From Marsupella aquatica (lineage: Eukaryota; Plantae; Marchantiophyta): a DNA stretch of 64,000 bases. The translations under genes were made by a program, and so were the position numbers. Under the pieces are notes generated by a model. That model was not told where the DNA came from. It ran no database searches and was given only the letters and a program-made list of their open reading frames with translations. The stretch covers positions 3,175,801-3,239,800 of the forward strand of contig OZ316891.1 in the NCBI GenBank assembly GCA_973895155.1, written 5' to 3'. This document shows positions 30,555 to 41,133 of the stretch, in pieces. The first letter of the stretch is position 1. Every line of letters starts with the position of its first letter.

Positions 30555-32084
30555 ATGGAAAGGGTGGCAATTCTAGCTGCTGTGCTGCTCCTGGTGAGCT
30601 GCTGGGCATGTGTGGAAGCCCTCCGCGTCCCACATCATGGTCAACCTCGTCATAGGTTTGTGCCCAATCTTGGGAATGGCAGAAATGCTTCACAATTGGG
30701 GCAAGGTGGGCGATTGAAGGAGCGGGCTTATGATTGGGAGGTGCGATGGTATGAGCAGACGCTGGATCACTTCAGTGCTAGGACGGCCACATTCCAGCAG
30801 AAATTCCTGTTTGCCTCACAGTGGTGGAAGGGGCCAACAATCGGTGCTCCAATCTTCCTCTACTGTGGAAACGAGGGTAACATAGAGTGGTTCGCTGAGA
30901 ACAGCGGCTTTATGTGGGAAATCGCCCCCCTGTTTGGAGCTCTGCTGGTCTTTCCAGAGCACAGGTATTATGGAGACTCGATGCCATTTGGGAACGCGAC
31001 TGCAGCGTATAAGGATGCTGAGTCTTTAACATACCTCAACTCAGAGCAAGCTTTGGCTGATTACGTGGTTTTGATCACGGACCTGAAAAAGAACTTATCA
31101 GCTGAGGCATCACCTGTGGTACTATTTGGTGGCTCATATGCGGGGATGTTGGCTGCTTGGTTCCGCCTGAAGTATCCACACATTGCGATTGGAGCCATCT
31201 CCTCCTCGGCGCCAATTTTGCAGTTTGAAGATATTGCATCTCCCTATTCCTTCTATGACACGGTTTCCAACGACTTCAGGAATGTCAGTGAATCGTGCTT
31301 CCAGACGATCAAGGGATCATGGGACATCTTCTCGGCCATTGGTTCCACAGATGAAGGACTTCACAATTTGACCGTGCAGTTTGGTATCTGTAGTGAGTTG
31401 CAGAATGTTGGTGACTTGACAAACTGGGTAGAGTCAGCATATGACTATGTAGCAATGGTTGATTATCCATTCCCTGCGAACTTTCTTCAGGATTTGCCAG
31501 CCTTCCCAATCAAGGAGATGTGCAAGGCTATGGACAGCGTGGGAGGTGGATCAAATGGGCTTGCTGGAATTGCTGCAGCTATGAATGTGTACTACAATTA
31601 CTCAGGGGCATGGTCATGTTTTGACTTAAATAGTGATCCTCATGGCTTGAGTGGCTGGGACTGGCAGTCGTGTACTGAGATGGTGATGCCTCTCAGTATC
31701 CGAGCGAACAGCATGCTTCCCCAATATAACTGGCAACTCAGAGATCTAGACAGTTGGTGCCTGGCGAAATTTGGAGTTAAGCCAAAAGCCCACTGGATAG
31801 TTGAGGAATTTGGTGGACAGGATATAAAGGCTGTGTTGAAGCGTTTTGGGAGTAACATCGTTTTCTCTAATGGTTTGGTCGATCCATGGAGTGGGGGTGG
31901 CGTGCTCACTGACATTTCAGACAGCATAGTTGCCCTGGTAACTCAAGAAGGAGCTCATCATCTCGATTTGAGGGCCGGTAACCCTGAAGACCCAGTGTGG
32001 CTAATAGACCAACGTTTAGCTGAAGTGCAGCACATTCACAAGTGGCTGAGCGAATACTCTTCAGACACACATACAGCTTCATAA
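30555..32084 (+). CDS. Lysosomal Pro-X carboxypeptidase-like serine peptidase (family S28), 509 aa, single coding exon, secreted
   Basis: Hydrophobic signal peptide, QTLDHF, PIFLYCGNEG, EHRYYGDSMPFG, QALADY, nucleophile GGSYAG, DPW (Asp) and AHHLDL (His). Confidence 0.95.
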   Translation: MERVAILAAVLLLVSCWACVEALRVPHHGQPRHRFVPNLGNGRNASQLGQGGRLKERAYDWEVRWYEQTLDHFSARTATFQQKFLFASQWWKGPTIGAPIFLYCGNEGNIEWFAENSGFMWEIAPLFGALLVFPEHRYYGDSMPFGNATAAYKDAESLTYLNSEQALADYVVLITDLKKNLSAEASPVVLFGGSYAGMLAAWFRLKYPHIAIGAISSSAPILQFEDIASPYSFYDTVSNDFRNVSESCFQTIKGSWDIFSAIGSTDEGLHNLTVQFGICSELQNVGDLTNWVESAYDYVAMVDYPFPANFLQDLPAFPIKEMCKAMDSVGGGSNGLAGIAAAMNVYYNYSGAWSCFDLNSDPHGLSGWDWQSCTEMVMPLSIRANSMLPQYNWQLRDLDSWCLAKFGVKPKAHWIVEEFGGQDIKAVLKRFGSNIVFSNGLVDPWSGGGVLTDISDSIVALVTQEGAHHLDLRAGNPEDPVWLIDQRLAEVQHIHKWLSEYSSDTHTAS

Positions 32085-32840
32085 TTGCTGTAAATCGTAT
32101 ATGCCGTTGGACAGGTCAGTGATATATGTCTGTTAGGCCTTCCAGTGAAAATTAGGATACTGGTCACAAAAGGCTCTCTGACCACTTTCCAACCTGATTG
32201 TGAAATTATCTTGAGAAGGTTAGGAACCGGAAGATCTCTCTGGCAAATCAGAAATTCCAATGCACATCTCATGCATGACATGAATTGTTTATGACACTAG
32301 AGTCCTTCCTTTCAACTGTGTACATAAATATAAATAGATGTACAAATCAGAACAAGGCTACCGAGAGTGGGCTTATATTCTGCTTTGTATCTCCGAGATT
32401 TCCAGAAGTATGTTCTGGGATGTGTTATATATGTTGTGCTGGCTGGACTATAGAGGTGGTGTATGTCTATGGCCCTGTGTTTCAAACGGACATATGAATC
32501 TAGGAATGTTGTAAGTTAGAGCTTTTTATATTCTTTTATTCAGAAATATCGCAATCTATAGTACATGCGTGAAAATCAAGTGTGAAAGGTGAAGTTTTGG
32601 ACTGAGTTCATATAGAATTATCACACATAAGTATTGGCAACCACACCTCTTGGAAACAAAGAAAAAAGAGAGAGAAAGCAAACCTCTATGTCAAGTGTTG
32701 TGAAAACATTGAGCTTGTTATTGATTGTCTAATAATTTGTAAGCTGGCTCAAGTTTGTCTAGCGACCAAGAGCAAAGCCTTCCTGTCAAGAAAGGGTCAA
32801 GAAGGGGGGTCAAGAATTGAATTGAAATGACATTGAGCAT

Positions 32841-32936
32841 TTTCATAACTAATCTACTCACTATAATATACAATCCCACCTTTTTGTATTTCATAACTAA
32901 TCTACTCACTATAATATACAATCCCACCTTTTTGTA
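32841..32936. repeat. Perfect 48-bp tandem duplication
   Basis: TTTCATAACTAATCTACTCACTATAATATACAATCCCACCTTTTTGTA at 32841-32888 and 32889-32936. Confidence 0.97.
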
Positions 32937-34196
32937 CTCATCGTCTGCTTACAAAATTCACTTTGGGAGGGAACTCATTATGACCCTTGGATTTAAAGCT
33001 TACATTTTCCTGCCCATCAGATCTGTGTGAAGAAGAATAAAAGAACATCTACTAGCTTGAGACACGGATGGGCTTCCACCCACATCTAGACTCATACACA
33101 ACATCCAGAAAAAGGTCATTGGAAATTGTGTGAGTTGACATGTGGCTATCATGGGTAGGTGGGCTTGACAGGAAAATTTAAGTCGACCCCACATGACATT
33201 TGGACACATGATTGCCCCATTCACGTAAAATAAAGACAGAGAACAATACAAATTAAGTTGTGAGTTCAAAAGGGACTATTTATAAGAAACTGAAAAAGAT
33301 TTAAGTCTATTGGAGTATATCAAGAAAATTAATTTTTTCTATTCTCCTTATGACCTATTTTTTCCAAGTTAGATTAACACTCAATCCTAAAAAAAATTTG
33401 CAATAACCTTATCTACCAAAGACATAATGGCCTCAAGAGTAAAATGGCCCCAACAACAAAATAGCCATAGTGATAATTGTTTGTAACAATGAAATGTATG
33501 TAATGACAATTTAAAACATGACAATTGTCATATTTTAAATCCCATCATACAAAACTATCCCATCTCAAAGCTTTTGTGCAAAAGTGGAAAAGAAAGGAAC
33601 AAACCAGTACCATGGAAGGAGAGAAAAGATTTCTGTATCAGCAGAGGGCGACCACACTTGACCACATGATGCCCCAGCCACCGCCCCCGTCTTGCTCTCC
33701 CTCCCACACTCTCACCCTCCCCCACAACATTGCTTTTACAATAACACTTTGGGACATGCTTTGCCCCAACATCTTTGCCTCGACTTAACAATTTTTTTCA
33801 CTTTGATAAAATTTCTCATTTTGACATCTTTTTGTCTACTCAACATCTTTTTCTCACCTTAGACATATTGTTCTCATCTTAACATCTTTTCTCTCCTTGA
33901 CATCTTTTACTCACCTCGATCAATGTCATTTTTCACATTGATATCTTTTTCTCACCTTGACATCTTTCCTCTCCTTTATAACTTTTCTCCTTTACATCTT
34001 TTGTTCACCTCAACATCTTCTATCACCTCGACATATTTTTTTCTCTCTTTGACATCTTTCGCTCACCTTGACATTTTTTCTCTCCTCAACATCTTTTTAT
34101 CACCTTGACATCTTTTGTTCAGTTCGACATCATTTCTCTCCTCGGCATCTTTTATCACCTTGATATCTTTCGTGCAATGCACGGGCATTGGGCTTG
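32901..34196 (+). mobile_element. Non-autonomous Helitron, about 1.3 kb, same 3' family as the copy at 9090
   Basis: Candidate 5' end A|TCTACTCACTATAATATA at 32901 (duplicated at 32853). 3' hairpin CGTGCAATGCACG (34171-34183), then GGCATTGGGCTTG|T (CTAG decayed to CTTG). Confidence 0.65.
33765..34170. repeat. Minisatellite, about 17-19 bp unit like GACATCTTTTCTCACCTC
   Basis: Visible repetition; reverse complement of 9121-9670. Confidence 0.85.
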
Positions 34197-34296
34197 TGAA
34201 TCCATAATAATCATACATGCAATCTCGTTACCCTTACCTGGATCACATGATGAGAGGCCCTACAAAAATATCTACTGTGCCACTTGATGTTCACCC

Positions 34297-34419
34297 CCAA
34301 GCTTGAATATTTCCCTTCAGCCTGGCAACAAAATCTTAGAAAACCTAAACCTGTAACCACCAAGCTTGAATGGTTCCCTTCAGCCTGGAAACAAAATCTT
34401 AGAAAACCTAAACCTGTAA
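34297..34419. repeat. 63-bp tandem duplication
   Basis: CCAAGCTTGAAT..TTCCCTTCAGCCTGG.AACAAAATCTTAGAAAACCTAAACCTGTAA occurs twice. Confidence 0.92.
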
Positions 34420-34992
34420 AATTCCTCCCACCAAGCATCACGTGTCATGTGTATCCCCCTAGGAAATCCTCCCTAAGCGCACCCAAAGAGATCTGAGCCA
34501 AGCCTCTTGCCAACCTGCTCAAGCAAATTGCTTAGTGAACAAAGATTGAATACAACACCACTAAATCTCCTGTCAAGCCCATTTTTTGTTGGTTATACCT
34601 ACAATCTCTAGATACTGGAGAAGCTAAGTTTCATAACAAGAAAAATAACATTTTCAAATAATATTAACTAAAAAATCTACATCATGCAAAAAAAGTGTTT
34701 GTACTGCTCTATATAAGCTCTCTCCAACATCTATGATAATTCTACATTATGGATGTTTTGTCTTTGTTCCCACTTGCCATGATTACTATGAGAATGATGA
34801 GAATTCTATTATTTTTGGCTTGTCATCAACAAAGAGGCATTAACAAAAACTTCAGAATCTAAAGGCCAACATAATCTCAAAAATATTTACAATTGGTGTA
34901 TCAATCCAAGCCATCATTCTTATTGTCACATCAGCTTAGTTGACATCATTCATACAAAATTAAATTTTGTGTACATAAATTTAAAGTAGCAA

Positions 34993-35084
34993 ATATACAA
35001 CACTCCTTGGAAAACACTTTGGCAATGTGATCTAGCCCATATACAACACTCTTTTGAATGTACTTTGGCAATGTGATCTACCCC
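34993..35084. repeat. 46-bp tandem duplication
   Basis: ATATACAACACTC...ACTTTGGCAATGTGATCTA.CCC occurs twice. Confidence 0.88.
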
Positions 35085-38000
35085 AAAGTATTGAGCTAGA
35101 CCCACATATTGGTTTCACCTACAAATTGCACCTGAAATTGGATAATCCTCATGGTGGGGCCTGATTCTGGTAAATCCCTGGCCACTCCATAGGAATACAA
35201 AGAGAAAAATACAGGAGAGGTTTACACTTTAAATAACAATAAATTGGAGAATGTGAAAAGGAAGCTTGGATGGACCACTGGGATCCGGATGGGCCATTTT
35301 CAAAAGCAGTGCTTTGAACTCAAATAGTCTCTTTTGTTTGTATAAGTGATCCATAGACCATACACGTCTAATGATGTGGGTCTCAAGGTCCATCCCAGTT
35401 GAATGGTTACATATCGTGGTCCATCTCTATCATCAATTCCTGTAGAATGGATACTTTAAAAAAATGAAAGTATATTCTACAGATATTATACGATGACGTC
35501 TCCTCTCATGTGAGCCATTGCTTCACTTTTTGGTAAATCTATAGAATCTTCTGAATTAACGGCTTTCGTGAATGTTTAAAATATCTGGATTATGTTTTAT
35601 CATGATAGATTATAATGTAACTTTACAATGCAAGGGAAAGAAAGAACAAATTTTATTGAAAGAGTACAAACAAAGTAAAAACTAGATTAAAAAATGGAAA
35701 CCGTCCCAGAGGACCAAACCAAAAAAACATTAGAATAAAGTTAAGAAGCCCCTGCACCACCAGGTAGATAACTATGAATATAAAAAGTACTTAAATCAAT
35801 GCTTGCAAATTGGAGGAGACCTAGTAAGTGTTACTTAAACCATCACTAGTCATGACAAAAACCTGGTTAGATCAGGTTTCGCCATAAATAGTATCGTTTC
35901 CTGAATTTGTGGAGCAATAGGAAAAAGAGAAGAATAAGAGGAAAGTGAAAAAATGAGAAATCTTGGACACATTTCCCTTTTATATGACTAGTGGGGGTTT
36001 AAGTGAGTACTAATAATTAGCTACAACCCCGGACATTACCAGTCTAAACAATCAGTCCTATCTCAGTTCCAAAGGGCAGAAACGTCAACCGGCAAAGCAA
36101 CCTAATGAAGGGGACAGACACTTATCAGGCAAGGAATACCTTTTAATACCATCCCAGGTTGCCATGGCTGATGTGGACAACACAAAGATGATGCAATGGT
36201 GATACGAGGGATGATGTAGAGGTGGCTTGAGGGTCCCGTCTTCTAGCTCAACTAGACTCGGTGAATCTTTTAATTTGGCTACAATCTTACTTACAAAGGA
36301 CCAACTGTAAGCTAGAGTTGTGGTCTAGGTTTCTAGAGTGAAGTCTCTAAGTAGACCATAACTTCTTGGCTCATCATATGGATGGAAAACTCATGCCTAT
36401 GATGTATATCAAATGATAATCATCAAATGTCATGATTTTTATTTGCGTTAAAAAATTGGTTCTATGCCCCCACCATAACATATGTGCATAGAAAGAGAGG
36501 TGTGCATAGAAAAGAATATGGTTCTTAAAAATATTATTAAAATGATGACATGTATGATAATTTTTTTGTCCTTCAAAGAATATGAATAAGGTATGTACTT
36601 TTGTGATATTTTTATTGTCCTCCTCTCTATTCATGTTCAAAGAACGAGTAATTGGGGCTAGTATGTCTAATTATCTATACCAACTAAGTAGCAAAAAACG
36701 CTAACCCCGGATACAAGAGCAACATTAATCTTTAATGTTTTTACCACTGGAGTATTAAGAGCGCAATTTTATGGGTATTATGGAGAAGAATACCAGGCAT
36801 TTACAGGTTTGGGTTAGGTCATAATGAACATTCACCTCTACTTCTACCAAAGTTGGTACAGGTGGAAAACTCTTAGACCGTTTAAGTATATTAATGTTCT
36901 GTTATTATGGAAGCATTATTAGGCATAGTAGCCCCTCTAAACTCCACTTGAAGTTCTCATTTGGGGGCATTGCATCCCACAATGCTAATATAGCATACAC
37001 TTAAAATCTAGCCATTTTTGCCAAAAGTGCTGAATACTTTTTGGAGGGGTGGAATCTAGCAAAGTTCACCACTAAGAAAACTGCTAATACAGAGTCTAGA
37101 CAGCCAACTATGGGGAGATCACAAAAGACAAAACAGGAGGACCAATATAAGTTCTAAAAAATGTTCTAAAAAATGGTTCTAAAACAGGTAAGCCAACTAA
37201 AGTAAGAACCTGAATGGAACTGGAAACCATGAGAATAGAAGTTATTGCAAGTGAAGAGCAAAAGGGTGGGACTATAGGTTCCTTGGAGGCAACAAGGATG
37301 GATGCAGAAAGATTGAAACGCACCAGCAAAACCCAAAAATATCTCCATGGGCCAAACTATTCCCATGCTAGTGAGGGCTCTAGACAAACAACAGTTCCTT
37401 CCTGCCATCTATCTGTACATCCACATGACCAAATAGGGGTTGACCCGGGGGAACAACCGGTGACCCAGTGCCATGGTCATTGTGCTGGACCGGGCACTGG
37501 GACTAAGTAGAGTGTGTGATAAGGCATAGTGTTTTGATGTGAGGGGTAACTCTATATCACATGTGACAAACACTATGACCAAAATTCACAGACGGGGATC
37601 CCTTCCACTAGGCTTTGCCAGGTGATCAAATCTCATTTATTGTTATTCTGACTATGAGATCAAGACCACATTCTGTGAATCTTTTCCTTCAAGCCATGCA
37701 AGGTTGTTTTCTTAGCCTTGGCAGTTCACTCAGATCTCTAACCCTGGCCAAAATGAATGGAAGAATCAACAATGGTTACTCAATAGGATCTATGCCTTGA
37801 ATGCATCTTATGAAATTATAGAATAAGGCATGGTCAGTTTGACGAGACAACTGAAATCTTAAAAAGCTTCTATCTAAAGTTTAGGTTGTTTAATTATAAT
37901 AGGTAAGGGAGAAGAAGGGCATGGTATCTTGACATCCTGTTTTTCCAACATTATACTAAGTTTACCCACACTTTGATTGCCCCAAAACCCCAAGCAAACA

Positions 38001-38930
38001 CTGAGCCTTAGACATTGGAGCTGGTCCTTGGCTCAGCCTTATGGACTCCACGTTTGAATGCTTAGAATAATGATAAACATTGCAATAATACACTGTGTAC
38101 ACACTGGATGGGCTTCCATACCCAGAAGCCCTTACTTACAAACATAGATTAAATATCAAAGATAGTGTTATACAAGAAACCCATTGTCTATTGCTTCACT
38201 CCATGGACTAGGTTATATATAATAGACTTCAATTTCAGTTATTTTGCTGATGCAGTAGGTCATAGGTTTCAATCACAAATTTAAACTCTATATTTGAATC
38301 ATGCTCTTTCTTTCTTGTGACCTTTACAAAACAATAATTATGGCGGGAAGCCTCCCTAGACGTGGGATTCTGGTGACATTGTTTCCTAAGCATGAGATGG
38401 ACCTAAAGTTACCACTGTGCACTTTCCAAGCCCAACCCGTCACTCTCCCCGCACCTTGCAACAGTCCTTGAAACCACGTTGTCAGACTGACGGCTCCTCA
38501 CAATGTCCAATTGCTTGGACCATTTAACTTACACTCAACATCACTTACTCTCAACAATAGTCTGTAATACATAGATAGTGGACTGCCCATACAATATTGT
38601 GCAGCAACCGGGTATTGGGTTATACATAGATAAATAAATTTGGAAGGTTTCACAAGGACCCCAAATATTCAAAACTGAAGGCAGGATGGACCACAATGTT
38701 GGGCAAAGTGCTCCCCTGGACCACACGTTTACCTGGAAGGCAACTAGTGAAGGTAGAAACAAGGAAAGACATAAGCCAAAATATTTCATGTTAACACAAT
38801 GAAAATTAGTCTATTGAAATTTACTCCTCCTTATGTTATGATGAACACTCAACCAAAAATAACCAAGAATTTGCTGTCACTTTGACAGAAGATAGCTTGG
38901 TTACCTAAAACTACTTATTGAATTGGTGTT

Positions 38931-39158
38931 CATCAAGTTTATGGCAATATTAAACTCAAATTTGAGGAGAAATGCGGTTCACGGGGGTTTCAAACACTGA
39001 CCGGGTGGTCAATGGGGCTTCAAATTCAGTATCATGGGAGTCCATTGTCTATCAAGTTATTGCAATTAAACTCAAACTGAGAGAAATTCGGTGTCACGGG
39101 GGTTTCAAGCACTGACCGTGTGGTCCATGGGGCAGCAAGTTCAGTGTTATGGGAGTCC
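38931..39158. repeat. About 117-bp tandem duplication upstream of the UGT80 CpG-rich region
   Basis: ATTAAACTCAAA...TCACGGGGGTTTCAA.CACTGACCG.GTGGTC.ATGGGGC...ATGGGAGTCC occurs twice. Confidence 0.88.
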
Positions 39159-41133
39159 GGCTCAAATTTATTAATCACTGATATTCATTCATTGCGGGAG
39201 CCTAGTTGCCTGGATGGCACGCACCACTGTAGTCGTCTGGGCGTCTGGCTGTCGTGTGGCTCTGTCGCCATCGTCGGCTGACGGGTGCTGACAATAAATA
39301 ATAGTTTGTGTCATGTTGAGGTGGCACGGCAGGCGGGACGGAAGGAGACGTCGAAGGGGAAGGTAGTTGCCAGAGAGCAACGGACGAATTGGAACGGAGA
39401 ATAATGATGGAGCGGACGGAGGAGGAGGAGGCGGGGGGACATTCTTGCAGGAAAGGAAAGAACGAGCGATGCGGGGCGTGATCCGATTGCCTCGCGAAGA
39501 CGAAGAAGAAGAAGCTGCTGCGGCTGTACACTCATGCGAAGTAGTTTAGAAATTAGAAGGGTAGAGAGAGATGGAGAAGACGAAGTAATTGGGCGCGCTC
39601 TATTTAGTGGTGTCGGTAAAGGTTCTGCTCGTGTCGAGGCGAATGGAGGAACTCGACGAATCCGAATCGCGTGCCGGGTATGTGACGCGGTGATTGCTTT
39701 GTGGCAGGACTGTGTGTGTGTTTGTGTGTGTGTATGTCGGTTGATTATCGATGGAAGTGAGTTGAGACGATGGGGGAGATAAAAATGGCGGGCTCGGAGG
39801 TGTCTGTCTGAGGAAGCTTTATTATCATTATTATTATTATATGTGCGTGAGCTGATGAGAAGCCGGGAAGACGGAAGGCAGGCTCGGATTGGGGATTTGG
39901 TTTTATTGGCCTTGAAAATGATTGCTTCATTCGGTAAAGAGCAACAGTAGTAGGCGGCTTTTACGAAGGGAGACAAAAGGAGATTTGTCACGTTGGTTTT
40001 GGAGTCGCTAAGGTGTCCGAGTGAGAAGGACCATCGCCGATTGGCGGATGCGATAGTAATCGAGGGCAGGGCGGGCTGTCCGGGGCTTGGTGAGGTAGCT
40101 GGGCTTCGGCTGGCTGGCTGGCTTGCTAGGTTTGAAGTAATAGGGAGGGGAGGTCGTCGCGTGTCACCAGGTGCGCGTGTGTGTTGTGTTGTGTTGGCCA
40201 TGGAGAGGGGAAGCCCGAAGCTAGCCAACCAGCCGAAGCAGGAAAGAAATGTTGCTTCATGCAGGACAAACGGATGAATCTCAATGGAGAGTGTAGTTGG
40301 GTCAGTTGGTCAGTTTTATTCCGATTTTTGTAGATTCATGAATGATGGCGATGTTTGAATGCAGCAGGGTTTTCTTTTGAAGTAGAGACTGGACAGGAGG
40401 AGTTTTCGAGCTCGACTGGCGACAGTGTGCACCAGTAGCCCGTGGATTAATGGCAGCAAGAAACAGCCCCGGTACCAGGTACTGCAGTCATAGCATTGGA
40501 TTTTCCCCTACGATCCGTCTCTACCCGTTCAATTATTTCACAGCGATTATCTCGAATCCTAGATTATGTCGGGGAGAAAGAACCACGGTAGATTGTCGAA
40601 TGAGTTGTTTATGCGTTTAGCGACTTGGTACGTTTTTCCTTTCACCGCAGATGGACTTGTGGCTGTTTGGTGGAACGACTGTATCTGTGGACCAGAACTG
40701 ATTCAATTTCTTTCTCGGCCAGTTACCTCGGACGAATGTCTTTCTTAGCTTTGTATGCCTTGCGAGGGATCCCCTATAGATCGTGGAACTCTTTATTGCA
40801 TGTCATTAGTTTAGAGAAATTACGGATCTCCATCATCTTCTCTTCTTAGGCTTGCAAATTTGATTTTCAACGCAGCAACAGCTGAAGTCGGGTGTTGCAA
40901 ATGCCATCTTCGAAATCACGGCCCTTGAACTGTCGTAAGCAAATTGATTAGCTTGGGGTCCATCCGTGAGTGTCTTTTTCTCTTACATTTCCGTTAATTT
41001 GAGCGAATAGTTGGACTCAGAAATTGGGAATTGGACATTCGCAGATCTGCAGGTTCCGCGTGGGGACTACAGCGTGCCCGCACTGTTTTTTCCGGCTGTT
41101 TTACAACGTGGTAGCAGAGAAATAGAGAGCACG

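Noticed and set aside
36650-38790. Possible decayed LINE ORF1-like sequence on the minus strand
   Set aside because: Faint resemblance only; no endonuclease or RT motif could be read.
39311-40228. 305-aa minus-strand ORF
   Set aside because: Low-complexity S/R/P/T translation across microsatellites in the GC-rich UGT80 promoter or 5' UTR; no recognisable domain.
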